From assembly GCA_000388065.2 (NCBI GenBank), contig KB932207.1: a stretch of 31,886 nt of DNA. The stretch is one strand, 5' to 3'. Below, in pieces: positions 11,436-23,352 of the stretch. The stretch is from Fonticula alba ATCC 38817 (taxonomy: Eukaryota > Protista > Nucleariida). Numbering within the stretch: position 1 is the stretch's first letter; each line of letters begins with the position of its first letter. A program made the position numbers and the translations under genes. Under the pieces are notes generated by a model, which was given only the letters and a program-made list of their open reading frames with translations, was not told the origin of the DNA and ran no database searches.

Positions 11436-12456
11436 ATGGTCACCCCCACCTCGTCCCAGATGGAGCTCGGTATGTTCTGACCGCGACTCCCGTGCGCCCT
11501 CTCCTCCCACTTCCGCTGACACCTGAGCCCCGCCCCCCCCCCCTCCCCCCGCCTGCCCGGCGTCCTCATCCCCCATGTAGATGACGTTTTCATTGTCGGC
11601 TATGCCCGCACCCCCATCGGCTCCATCGGCGGCCAGCTGGCCAGCGTCACCGCGACCGATCTCGCCGGCCACGCCATCACCGGTGCGCACCGGCCCTCGC
11701 GCCGCATCGCACCGCATCGCGCATCGCGCATCGCATGTGCCGCACACGCAGGCACAAGCCCAAACACATGTGCCACCGTTGCTGACTCTCACCCCCTCTC
11801 CCCCTGGCACACATGCACAGCCGCCCTGAAGCGCTCGAATGTCCCTGCCTCGGCCGTGCAGGAGCTCGTCATGGGTCACGTCATCTCGGCCGGCTGTGGC
11901 CAGTCCCCCCCGAAGCAGGCCGCGGTGGCTGCCGGCCTGCCGGACTCCGTCATCTGCACGTCGGTCAACAAGGTTTGCTCCTCCGGCATGAAGGGTACGC
12001 GCACGCACGTCCTCCGCGACATGCCATCCCTCTCCCTCTCTTCCTGCTGCTGCTGCTGCTGCCATTGACACGCTCGATGCGCCTCCCCCCCCCCCCCCCC
12101 CATCCACCCATAGCCGTCCACTTTGCCTACCAGTCCATTGTGATGGGCTACTCGGACGTGGCCATTGCCGCCGGTACCGAGTCCCTCTCCCAGGCCCCCT
12201 TCCTCATGCCGAAGAATGTCCGCAATGCCGGCTTCCGCTATGGCAGCCAGACTCTGACGGACTCCATCCAGAACGACGGTGCGTATGCGCCCCCGTCGCG
12301 TTCTCTCCCTCTTTCTCTCCCTCCCTCCTTCGCTCCCTCTCTCTTTCCCCTGCCTCCTCCTCATCCAATCCCCCCCCCCCCCCCCTCATCGGGTCCTGAG
12401 TACCGGTGTGGGGCCGCTCGGCCGCGGCGCCCGAGGTGCCACGCCCGCCCGCCCCC

Positions 12457-12494
<38 letters not shown>

Positions 12495-13414
12495 CCCCCC
12501 CCCCCCCCCCCCACCCCACCTGCCCCACCCCATGGCCATAACCCACGCGCATAGGCCTCACCGACAGCTTCGGCCAGGCCCTCATGGGTGACCTGTCCGA
12601 GCAGATCGCCCACAAGATGTCCATCTCGCGTCAGGAGCAGGACGCCCATGCGATCGAGACGTACCGCCGTGCGATCGCCGCTCGCGATGCCGGCGCCTTC
12701 GACCGCGAGATCGTCCCGGTCACGGTGCCCGGGGTCCGCGGCCGGCCGGATGTCGTGGTCACCTCCGACGAGGAGCTCAGCCGCGCGGCCTCCCCGGAGA
12801 AGATCCGGTCCCTGCGGACGGTGTTCACCCCGCCCACCGGGGCCCAGCCCACCATCACGGCGGCCACCTCGTCCGGCATGAATGACGGTGCCGCGGCCCT
12901 GGTCCTGGCCAGTGGGGCATGGCTGCGCGCCACTCGGGCCCGCCTGGTGGCCGAGGGTGCCCCGGAGACCTCCCTGCCGGCGGCCCTGGCCCGAGTGGTG
13001 TCCTGTGCGGATGCCGAGCAGGACCCGGCCCTCTTCTCGATTTCTCCCAACCTGGCCGTGCGCACGGCCGTCGCCCGGGCCAAGCTCTCCCTCGAGGACA
13101 TCGGTGTCTTCGAGATCAATGAGGCCTTCTCCGTGGTGGCCCTGGCCAACCTGCGCCTGCTGGGGCTCGACGACCAGAAGGTCAACATCTACGGCGGTGC
13201 CGTGGCCCTGGGGCATCCGCTTGGGTGCTCTGGCGCTCGCATTGTCGTCACCCTGCTGAATGCCCTGGCGCATGGGCCGCTCGATGCCCCGGAGGGCAAG
13301 GGCGCCAGCCGGTATGGCTGCGCGGCCATCTGCAACGGTGGCGGCGGGGCCAGTGCCTGCATTGTCGAGCGCGTCAATCCGGACGGCTCGCCTGTGGCCA
13401 CCGACTCGTGCTGA
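11436..13414 (+). CDS. ERG10: Acetyl-CoA C-acetyltransferase (thiolase II, Erg10/ACAT-like), about 444 aa
   Basis: Exons 11436-11469, 11581-11682, 11821-11994, 12114-12278 and 12555-13414 join in frame. Motifs: VFIVGYARTPIGS, NKVCSSG (catalytic Cys), NEAF, GHPLGCSG (catalytic His) and CNGGGG (second Cys). The short N-terminus has no evident mitochondrial presequence. The symbol denotes the family; orthology was not tested. Confidence 0.96.
12458..12512 (+). repeat. Poly-C tract (55 nt, one T) in thiolase intron 4
   Basis: Read directly. Confidence 0.9.
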
Positions 13415-15563
13415 GAGAGGCGGTGGCGGGTGGTGTGGTGCGCGTGCGCATGTGTGGCGCACCTTGGAGTGCTGCTCCCCCCCCCTCCCCTGTGCATCCT
13501 TTTTTTAATGAACATCTACTTTTTTCCCACCTCTGCCAGATTATATGTGCGTGCGTGCGTGCATGTCTGCGTGCGTGCGTTTGCATACTTGGGGACATCC
13601 GGTGGTCCGGGCACATTACGATCAATCGCGGAAGGGCGGCAGGAGAGCCACCTCAGAGCGCGAGATGCGCCCGGGGGGGGGGGGGGGGGGACCATCCGAG
13701 TGGCAGGCCGGGGGGAAATGGAGAAGCCGCCGGAAGGGGATGGCCCAGGGGGAGATGGCCTCTGGCGGGAGAGCCCAGCGGGGCAAGGCATGCAAACAAG
13801 CGCGCCGCTCGTGCCCCCACATCGGCCACCGGGGAGATCCACCTCTCGGCCGAAGATGCGGGTGTGAAAGGGGGGGTGCCGGCCAGAGGAACTGGCAGAT
13901 CGTCCCGAGGGGGGGGGGGGGGGGGGGGGGCCCGGGGGGGAAAAAAAAACCCCCCCGGGCGGTGGGGGGGGGGGGAAATGGGGGGGGTGTGCAGGTCGGG
14001 CGGGCGCGATGCGGCCCGTGCCCTCGTGTGCGTGCATGATCACAATGCGTGCCAGTGAGTCTGTGTGGCATGTGATTTGGACAATATGCCACTTTAACCT
14101 GCCGGCCTGGGAGGAGCACCGCCTGCCTGGTGGCCAGGAGGGCCTAGACGGTTTGTAGGGACACGCATGCAAGTCCCATGCCGCTTGCGAAGGAGAAGGG
14201 GCAGGCCGCCTGCCGGGAGACTGGGAGAATGCTGTCCATAATATTAAAGCGGGGATTTATTGCCGCCCCCCGTCTTCCCAATGGGCGAGCAGGGTCGGTT
14301 CCGATGTTCGTTTTTCCAGGGCGCCGGCTCGGGGGTGCATTTCAGGTAAAACCCCCGGAACCTAATTCTTCGGAGAACCTCCGCCCTCTCAAGGACGGCC
14401 GTGCGGGCAGGCCGACCGGAATGCACCGCCCCTTGGTTTGTCCAGAGCGCATGGCGCCAGTGACCGGACCCGAGGGCTTCTTGTGTGGACCCCCCTGTGG
14501 CCGGGGTCCACAGCCATCATCGCCAGAGGCGGCCGGGGGGTGGGGGGAGGGCATTTAGCTTCGCCCGAGGGCCGGGGGTTGGGGGCCCGGCCGGCGCCGG
14601 GAGGCCAGGTGGATGAGGGTCCCTAAAGCGCGGTCGCCTCTCGCGCACCGGCGTGGGGCGCGTGCCCCGCCGAGTCTGAGCAGCCCCGCCCCGGGGCCGG
14701 GTGGAGTCCTCCCACAAGCGGCGCGGAGGCACAAGGCCCGGGATGGGTCCCCCCCCCCCGCTGCTTCTCTCGCGTGGCCGGTCTTCCCCTGGAGTCGTTT
14801 GGGGCGCCGGCAGGACAGCGCGGAGGGAGGGGGGGGGGGTGCAGTTGCATGCGCGTGTGTGCGCTCTCCCCCGCCCCCCGTTCCGAGCTCCACACGGGTT
14901 TTCCGCGGACAACTCGTCTGCACCCTGGCATGCGCGCTCATGTCGCCGGAGTGGCCCTTTTCCCCCTGTGTCTGCATGTGCGTTTGTGCGAGAGAGAGAG
15001 AGAGAGAGTCCACGCGCCCAGCCGGGGGAGGGGGCCTCGGAGCGGGGGTGCATGCGTGTGTGTGGACGCGTGCGCGCTTGAGTCCCTGGCGCCGCGCTGC
15101 CGGGCCGGCGCGGGGGGGGGGGGGGGGGGGGCGGGGGCGGAGCACGGCGTGCACCCGTGGCCCGGGAGGGCAAGGGGTCGTCCTCCCGCTCGCGCATGCC
15201 CCCTCCCCCTGGCCCCTGCGCCCTGGCCTTGCGGCGCGGCGGTGTGGCGTGGCCGCGCGACCTCAACGGGGGCTCTCCCCGGGGGCGGACAGTCGGAGGG
15301 GGGGGGGGGGGGGAGGGACGGGTGGGGCGAGGCCCTGTCCGCCTGGGCGCGCGTGCGTTCACCCTTCCCCCCGCGCCGCCTCGTGGAGAGACGGGGGGGG
15401 GGGGAGGAGGGGGGGGCACCGTGCTCGGGCATGCGCGCTGCTCCCTCCGGCTCGCATTGGCGCACTAATGAGGCGGTGGTCCTCCCCCCCGGCGCAAGCT
15501 GTTGTCTCTCTCTTGTGTGGTTTTGAGTTTTTGATCCATCTCCCACATTACCCATCCATCACA

Positions 15564-17220
15564 ATGTCTGACGTCCAGGTATGCCTCCTCCGCCCACACC
15601 CACACCCACACACTCTCCCCCCTCCTCCCTGCCCCCCCATTGCCCCCGGCGGCTGCCCGGTCATGCCGCCGCCCCCTCCCCCCCTCCCCCGGCCGCGCTC
15701 GCTCGCGTGCGCGTACATATGCATGCCCCTCCCGGCCGTGCCTCGGCTGCGCCCACTGCCGTGCCCCGTCCACCTCCTCTTCCCCTTCCTCCCCGCTCTG
15801 GTGTGCATGTGTGTGTGTGTGTGCGCGCACACGCGCGTGCACTTGGCTTCCATGCTCGGCCATTGCACCGCGGTTCTGCAGCGCGCGGTGTCCCCTCCTG
15901 GCCACGGTCCTCGTCTCCGACTGCACGCGCGCGCGCGCGCCCACACACACATGCATGCCTACTCGCGCCTGTCTCCCCCTTCCCCCTCCTGTTCCCCATG
16001 CGCTCGCGCCTTGGGAGGTATCTCGTCAAGAGCCGGCCGCCGCGCGTCGGCACCTTCGCGCGTCTTCGCCGTTTGCGGCGACCTGGCGCCTTCTTCTTCG
16101 CGAGATGTCTTCCTCGGCCTCTCTTCCCCCCTCTCTCTCCCCCTCTCTCGCTGGGCCCACGCCCGCGCCCGCATGGCGCCTCTCCCCATCACCCCTGCTG
16201 TGCTCGCTCCTCTTCTCGGGGGGAGCAGCGGGACCTCCTGCAATTGATGCGCGGCATGCTGCCTCGTGTCTCCCCCTCTCTCTCTCTCTTTCCCCCCCGA
16301 CTCTGTGACCTGACACCCTTGGCCTCCTGTTGTTCCGCGCCCTCTCCTTCCTTTCCTCCCCCAGGTCGAGAAGGCTTTCCAGAAGCAGCACGGTATTTCC
16401 CTGATCAACATCAAGAAGTACGGTGTCAAGAAGGCTTCTTCCACCCGCTTCTACAAGAACGTTGGTCTCGGTATCCGCACCCCCACTGAGGCTATCAAGG
16501 GCAACTACATCGACAACAAGTGCCCCTTCACCTCTGATGTCTCCATCCGCGGTCGCATTCTGTCCGGTGTCGTCGCCTCCACCAAGATGAACCGCACCAT
16601 CACCGTCCGCCGGTGCGTGTCCTTTTCTCCTTTTGTCTGGCCCTTCGTACCCCTTGGCACATGTGCCCCGTCCTTCGGGGGACGAGGCACATGTCGGGTT
16701 GCGCTTGTGCCCCTCCCCCTGCCTGTTGCCCCCTTTCCCCGCGCATTCTCCTAATCTCCCTCCCCCGTGTTTCTCCCCTCCCCCCTCCAAATGCGCGCGC
16801 GCGCACGCATATTCATACAGTGACTACCTCCACTACGTCCGCAAGTACTCTCGTTACGAGAAGCGCCACCGCATGATCTCTGCTCACTGCTCTCCCGCTT
16901 TCCGTGTCGACGAGGGTGACATCGTCACTGTTGGCCAGTGCCGGTGCGTGCTTCTCCTTCTGTCTTCCCTCCTGGCCCCACACTCGCGCACGCCGCACAT
17001 GCGCCCTCTCCCTTCTGCCTCTCTCCCTCCGCGCGCCGCGCTGTCCTTCTCCCGCATCCGTGCCTAACACAGCCCTTCCCTTTTCTGCTTTCACTCGCCC
17101 CCTCTCCCCCCCCATCCTCCTCTCCCGTCACACAGCCCCCTCTCCAAGACCGTCCGCTTCAACGTCATCCGCATTGACCGCAAGGCCACCGGTGCCCAGA
17201 AGCAGTTCACCAAGTTCTAA
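15564..17220 (+). CDS. RPS11: 40S ribosomal protein S11 (uS17), 156 aa
   Basis: Exons 15564-15578, 16365-16612, 16821-16943 and 17136-17220. Translation [13 protein letters not shown]...RFYKNVGLG...[21 protein letters not shown]...[18 protein letters not shown]...[20 protein letters not shown]. Strongly biased, C/T-ending codon usage. Confidence 0.99.
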
Positions 17221-17523
17221 ATTGGTCCCCGAACTCTCTGACGGGTGCTGTGTCGTCGTCGCGCGCGCGTGCGCGTGTGTTGTGTGAGTGTGCGTCCCCT
17301 CCTCTCGCTCGCGCGTGCGCGCGCGCGCGCACAGGCACGGGTCCCCCCGCCCTCCCCCTGTGCGTGTGCGTGTGCGTGTGCGGCGCGTCGTGTGTCCGCG
17401 CCTCCTCCTCCCTCCACACGTGCGTGTGCGTGTCACGCTGACGGTTGGGCGTTGTCCTTGTCTTTGGTGCTCGGACGCGGCCGCCCCTCGCGCGCGCGAG
17501 AGCCGCATGCTTGCCATTTTCAC

Positions 17524-17529
17524 AATAAA
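17524..17529 (+). terminator. Possible polyadenylation signal (AATAAA) for RPS11
   Basis: Canonical hexamer about 300 nt after the stop in AT-poor sequence, followed by GT/T-rich sequence. Use of AATAAA in this organism is not established. Confidence 0.4.
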
Positions 17530-18481
17530 AGTGTGTACCCTCGCTGTCGTCCTTTTCTTCTCCCCCTTCGCGCGCCGCGCCCTCTGTGTTGCTGTGTGGT
17601 CTTCTCTCTCTCTTTCTCTCTCGTGCCTGTGTGTGTGTGTGCCTTTTCCCCGCTATCCCCCTTGTTCTTCTTTTCCTTCCCCATTGCCGTGCCAGATCGA
17701 GGGGGAGAGGGGGGGGGCGCAGCGCGGGACCATCCCCCGGTGTATGTGCGTATGTGTGTGGGTGTATCGCTCTGGCTGGCACACCCTCCGGTTGCCGCTC
17801 CCCCAGCTGGGGGACGGGTCTTGCCACATGTGTATGTGCGTGTGCGTGGGGGGGGAGGGGGTCCGTTGTGGGCGCCCACCTCTCGCCCTCCTGTGTCCAT
17901 TTCCCCCCCCTTCCACCGGAAAGATCAGCGCACGGGGCGTCCTCGTGAGCAGGCGCCAGTCAGGCTGGTTGGGGACGCGCGTCGCGCCTTTTCCATGTGT
18001 CTCCCCTTCCGCCTGCCCCCGTCTTCCGTATTGTGCAGTCTACCCCATGGGAAGGCCGTGGAGTTGGCGGCCCTATTGCAGGGAACATCCACCGGGCGGG
18101 AGCTACCCCCTCGGGGGCTGTTTTGGCCGCTGCCCATGTCGGTAGGCCCAGGCAACAGAGGCAAAGTAATCCTCCTCCCCCCCCCTCCCCTCCCCTCGCA
18201 CTACCTTCTGTGCATTGGCGTCCCTCTCCCCCGAGCTGGGCACCATGGCGCAGGCGCAAGTGCCGGCACAGTTCCCCATACCTCACACACACACGCACGG
18301 CCACAGGCACACCCAACACCCATGCATTCGCATACATCTAGACCCGCACACGCATGAGGGGGAGGCGGGGGAAAAGGCACGCAAGGCGCCAGATGCATTC
18401 TCAATCGGCCAGCCTCCACTTGGCTGGGGAGGGAAGGAGATGCGAAGAGAAGGAGGCCACACGCACGTCCTCCTACCCTCC

Positions 18482-19117
18482 TCAAACGAAGGTGAGGACC
18501 CACATGAAGAGGATCTGCGCGAGGGCCACGACAAAGAGGAAGTAGTTCCGCCGGCGCCGATGCAGCGGCGGCGAGCCGCTGGTGGTGATGGGGGACGCGG
18601 GGCTGGACATGGCCGACGGCGAGGCACTCATGTTGTAACGCATCGTGCGAAGCTGGGGGCCGGGGGGGGGAGGGCCGGGCGCATCCTCGGTGGTAAGTGT
18701 CTGTATGCGCGCCGATGTGTGAAAGGGCGAGGGCGAGAGCCAGGAGGAGGAAGGGGGGAGGGGGGGGGGGGAGACAGACTCCAAGGCACATGTCGAAGCC
18801 CCACCACCCCCCTCCGCGGGCGGAGCGGCACCGGGACAAAAAGTGCAGGACAGGTGCAACGCACAATAAAGAGAGCGAGGGCGCCACTGAAGTAGACAAG
18901 GAAAAGAGACGGGATCCAGGTGGCCAGGGCGGAGCTGCTCGACTGGAAGAGGATCTTGAGCAGCGCGACAAAGATGATCCTGTCGCCCGGGAAAGTGGGA
19001 GCATGGACTCGAAGTTAGCGCTCCATGCCAGGCGATCCACACAGGGCGGAGATGGGGGGGTGAGGGGGAGGCAGCTGGGCGGGGCAATGTGCGCATGGAT
19101 GCTCACACGGGCACCCT

Positions 19118-19177
<60 letters not shown>

Positions 19178-20659
19178 GGCCAACGTACGGGATGTACTTG
19201 TAGCCGATGTAGGCCAGAACGTCGATCCACCACCAGCCGCCGGGTGAGGAGCTCCCATCCGGGCCGGTGCTCGGGGTGTTCAGGTGCAGGATGTACGATC
19301 CAATCTGGACGAGGAACAGCTCGATTGCCAGGAAGGCCAGGCACTTGGAGAGGGTCACACCGAGGACCTCGGGGTTGAAGCTGCGGCCCAGGCGCGCGAA
19401 AGGGACACATCGGAGACCGGATGGAGGTGTCAGGAGACGGAAGCACGGGTGTCTGTGTCTGTGTGCGCGGGTAGGCACGCAGGGAGGAGGGGAATGGCAA
19501 GGGCGGATGCACAGCTAATGGCAGGGCAGACGACAGCTTGGCATGCGTGCGTGCGTGCGTGCAGGCCCCCCCCCCCCCCCCCTCCGAGAACGTACTTCTT
19601 GGCCGCCCCCCGGCTAAGGCCCACCAGCAGGATGTACGTCACAAAGGACATCAGCGGGAGGTAGAGGTCCGGGGCATTGACATCGTGCCGCGGTGGGGCG
19701 TAAGACACCGTGGCCACCGGCCCCGGGTGGAGCCCGGACTCGGCGGTCCCGCACGACGCTCTTCCGATCTCCCTCCGAGAACGTACTTCTTGGCCGCCCC
19801 CCGGCTAAGGCCCACCAGCAGGATGTACGTCACAAAGGACATCAGCGGGAGGTAGAGGTCCGGGGCATTGACATCGTGCCGCGGTGGGGCGTAAGACACC
19901 GTGGCCACCGGCCCCGGGTGGAGCCCGGACTCGGCGGTCCCGGTGAGGCTGTGGCCGCCAGGGCCGCCGCCGCCAGCACCCGTGGCCATGGGATCCTGCA
20001 TGTAGGTCGTGATCGGGGTCCGGCTCCAGGACTTATGGCGGAAGGGGAAGAGCACCAGGGCAATCTTCCGGCCGACATAGCTGCTGCTCACATCGAAGTA
20101 GGGCTTCAGCAGGGACGGGTTCACCAGTCGATCGAGATTCTTGTTGAGGTACTGCTGCCCAGCGTGCAGGGCCTGCTCGCCATAGGCCAGGCCGATGCGA
20201 GTGGCCGCCGCCGTCGCCGCATCATTGCCCGACATCGGCGTGTCGCCAGGGGCACCGCCGGTCGCGGCCCCGGCCAGGTGGCCCATGATGATGTTCAGGG
20301 GAACCTGCAAACCGGTGGACCCAGCTGCCGGGGGGTAGGGCTGCTGCTGCTGCTGCGGCTGCTGCTGCTGCTGTGACGGGTCCGCAAACTGGATGGACCC
20401 GGGGATCGGCTGCATCTGCATGTTGACCTTGGTCGAGTGGGGGTCATAGTTCTGGTACTGGCCGCCGGGGCCCTGCTGGTCGGAATATGCGGGCGGCGAC
20501 TGGCCATACAGGCCGGGGGGCTGGGAAGGGGCGACATGTCAATTGCGACGGCGAGCCGAGCCGAACCGAGCCGAGACACATCCACCAAGCAGACGTACCT
20601 GGTGCTGGACGTTCTGCTGGGGGACGAACAGCGATGGCGAGCCAGGGCCGGGGTTGCTG

Positions 20660-20692
<33 letters not shown>

Positions 20693-20897
20693 GCCTGGGG
20701 CTGATACGGCATTTGCGAGGGGGAGTGGCCCTGAGAGGGCACCCCGCCAGGGTGTTGCCCGAAGGCATAGGGGTTGTTGCTGGGCGGTTGGTCTGGATCG
20801 CAGGTGTGAGTATGCCAGCGGGGCGGACAGGCGAGGAGGGGGGATGGGGGCAAGATTCGCGCGCGTGCGCATGTGGCCACGCACATGACGCCGCCAT
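18482..20897 (-). CDS. YIF1: YIF1/Hrf1 family ER-Golgi membrane trafficking protein, about 472 aa
   Basis: Exons 20897-20885, 20792-20599, 20520-19787, 19380-19189, 18979-18865 and 18652-18482 join in frame. Motifs LKPYFDVSSSYVGRKIALVLFPFRH, PPRHDVNAPDLYLPLMSFVTYILL, FNPEVLG and AYIGYKY, plus several TM helices. As assembled, intron 3 contains an artefactual partial exon copy. Confidence 0.94.
19119..19174 (+). repeat. (AC)28 microsatellite in YIF1 intron 4
   Basis: Read directly. Confidence 0.95.
19580..19942. repeat. Direct duplication of 172 bp (19580-19751 and 19771-19942), likely an assembly artefact
   Basis: The two copies read as identical by eye at an offset of 191. Each covers the 3' part of YIF1 exon 3 and its donor site, and the adapter separates them. 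Confidence 0.95.
19752..19770 (+). other. Illumina sequencing adapter remnant (CACGACGCTCTTCCGATCT)
   Basis: 19/19 identity to the 3' end of the Illumina paired-end/TruSeq read-1 adapter (...ACACGACGCTCTTCCGATCT), located exactly between two copies of a 172 bp sequence. Confidence 0.95.
20662..20691 (-). repeat. (CAG)10 encoding polyglutamine in the YIF1 N-terminus
   Basis: Pure CTG run on the + strand; a second Q5-P-Q5 tract lies at 20341-20373. Confidence 0.95.
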
Positions 20898-22799
20898 ATT
20901 TCCGTGGGGCAAGATCAACGATCCGATCTGGCCAGTCTGGCGGCAGTGATCTTGCGTCGGCTGCCGGCTGAGCGGGCGAAGGCGAGAGGCAGCGGGAGGA
21001 GGGGAGGGGTGCTTCTCCAGGAGGGAGGCGGATGTGGGGCGGGGGGCAGGGGAGGGGGGGGGGAGGGAGGGCGCGGCACGGGCAAGGTGGGAGGGGGAGG
21101 AGGTGGGCTGGTCTGGGGATCGGCGCAGTGCCTGCGCCGCCCGGGCGGGGAGCTCTTTATCGGCCACCAAGATGTGTGTTTGGCGCCCCGGGGCCCGGGG
21201 GGGCCGGGGCATGCCTCGAGCCGGCTGGCCGATTGCCGGGAGACGCCCCCCCCCTCCCCCACCCACACCCACCCGCCCTCGCAGGCGTCTCCTTGGCGGG
21301 GGGAGAAGCATTGGTCGTTGTTCTCCCGGGTGACGATGCTGCATGCTTTTCACGCTCCGGGCTGCGGCCAGGGGGCGCAAGACTCCCCCCCCCCCCCCCC
21401 CCCTCTCCGATGCATGCGCCCTGGCCGCGGCGCAGATATGCACGCCCCGAGAAGCGAAGGAGCTCCCAACCGAGAAGCCGTCGAAGTTGTCAGGCCGCAG
21501 GAAGAGGCCGGTCTCCTCGGCGGTAGTGTGCTTCGCCCCGTCCTGTCTCGCGGGCCTGTGTCTTGCCTGCATGCCAGTTTGTGTGCCTTCTCCCTGTGCC
21601 CCTCCCCCCCCCCGCCCCCCCCTCGGCCTCGCTTCTCCATGGCACTTTGGCACCCGGTTGCGGTGGGTGTTCCTCCAGGGGTGGTCCGCAGGAGCCAGCG
21701 TATCTCTCGGCCCGTTCCCCGCCGCCAAGCTGGGGCCTGACTGCCGTTTGCGGGCTCCGCCCAGGCCGCGGGTCTATCTCTGCCCCCGTTCCCGCCCTTT
21801 CGGCGGCCTCTTCCCCCGGGCTTCTTCCCTCCTGTAACTTTACCTCTCTTGCTCTCGCCCTCGCTTCCGCCTGCTCTCGCCCCCTGCCCCTCTCATACAC
21901 CATGGGCATGCGCACATTCGCGCACCGCCTCAAGCTTGCAGCCTCCGCACGTTCCCTATCGGGAGGCCTGTCACAAGGGTAGGCAGAGGGTTAATTTGAT
22001 TTACGCCGGAGTTCGTGCAAAACAGGACAAATATCCGTCCCGCCCAAAAGCACAGAGTGTGCGCTGGGTATTATTGGATAAAATTCGATGCGGCATGGAG
22101 TTCCAGAAGCACATTCTACACCGGGTGGTGTTGTTCCCGTCTCCTGGGGCTTTTTTTTCTCTCTCGATGCTGTGTGCGTATCCCGCGCAAGGCGGGAGAA
22201 GTGGGCGGCCAGCCGGCTGCACCCCCCCCCCCCCCTGCACCGGGGGGCGCGATCGATTGTTTCCGCCACGGCGGTCCCCTCCTTTCTCTGCGACCAGTGG
22301 GGGCAGGGCGCGAGAGGAGGGACGCCACCAGGCTTGTGATATGCACGCGGGAAGCGAGCGCGACGCACTGAGGGAGCAGCCATGCCGCGTGCCGCCGCCC
22401 CCTCCCCCCTCTCCCTGGCCCCGGCATGTGAGACGACCACAGCGCCGCCCGGAGAAGAGAGGCGCAGAGTCCAGGGATCTCGGGAAGCGGGAGAGCCTCC
22501 ATGGTGAGCACATGTGAACGCGCGCTCCGCCGGGTCTCTGCCGCCCCCCGCTCCGCTCGCTCCCCCTCTCGTGCGCTCTCCAAGCACATTTGTATGTATA
22601 TGTATTTTATTGGGGCAAAGGGGAAAACAGGGGCCTCCCCTCGCTCACAGCCCCCCCTTCTCCTCGGCGGCCGGTGGTGCCATGCGCGTGTGTCCATCGA
22701 CACAAATATAGCACGGGCCGCCAGGGCAAATGGGAGTGTGGTGGATGTGAGAAGTGGCGAGAGGGAGGAAGACCGGCATGGCTCTGTGTGCATGCGCCC

Positions 22800-22830
<31 letters not shown>

Positions 22831-23352
22831 GGAGAGGGAGGAAGAGGGCGGCGGATGAGGAGAGTGCCATGGGGAGGGGGGGGGGTGATGTCAGCGAGTG
22901 CATGCGCTTGCTCTGTGCTGCGCGCGCCCGCGCAGGAAAGGAGACACAGTGGCACCGGGCAGAAGGGACGCACATGTAAAGGGGAGGCGTGCGTCCCTCA
23001 GGGAGAAAGGACGCGTGTGTGAAAGTCAGCCACCCAAGCCACGCTCGCGTGTTCCTTGCCCTCGCCCCTCCCCCCTGGCGACTGTCAGTGCGAGAGAGAG
23101 AGAGGCAGAGAGAGAGAGAGGGGCAAGGGCGGATGAAGGCGGTCGTGGCCGGAGGGGAGGCGCAGATGTATATCAAGGAGCAGCGCGGTTGCCAGGAAGG
23201 GAGTAGTAGAGGGGTGCATGCATTCGCGCGTGCACAGGGAGAGAGAGAGAGAGAGAGCAGATGATATGAGGATGAGGGGCGGAGGGGAGATCATGGGCCG
23301 GTGTGTGTGTGTGTGTGTGTGTGGCACAGCCCGGTGTTGCGCATTCGCGCGA

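Noticed and set aside
15579-16364. Long first intron of RPS11 as a possible snoRNA host
   Set aside because: No RTGATGA box C paired with a CTGA box D. The only near match (TGATGC...CTGA) uses the probable branch point, and no H/ACA architecture is visible.
21902-22371. Short ORF MGMRTFAHRLKLAASARSLSGGLSQG (21902-21982) and nearby GYYWIKFDA, loosely recalling a mitochondrial presequence or ribosomal protein bS6m
   Set aside because: No upstream bS6 start segment and no matching C-terminus. Joining the pieces needs an atypical donor (GTAGGC) and a 47 nt intron, and codon usage is unlike the real genes.
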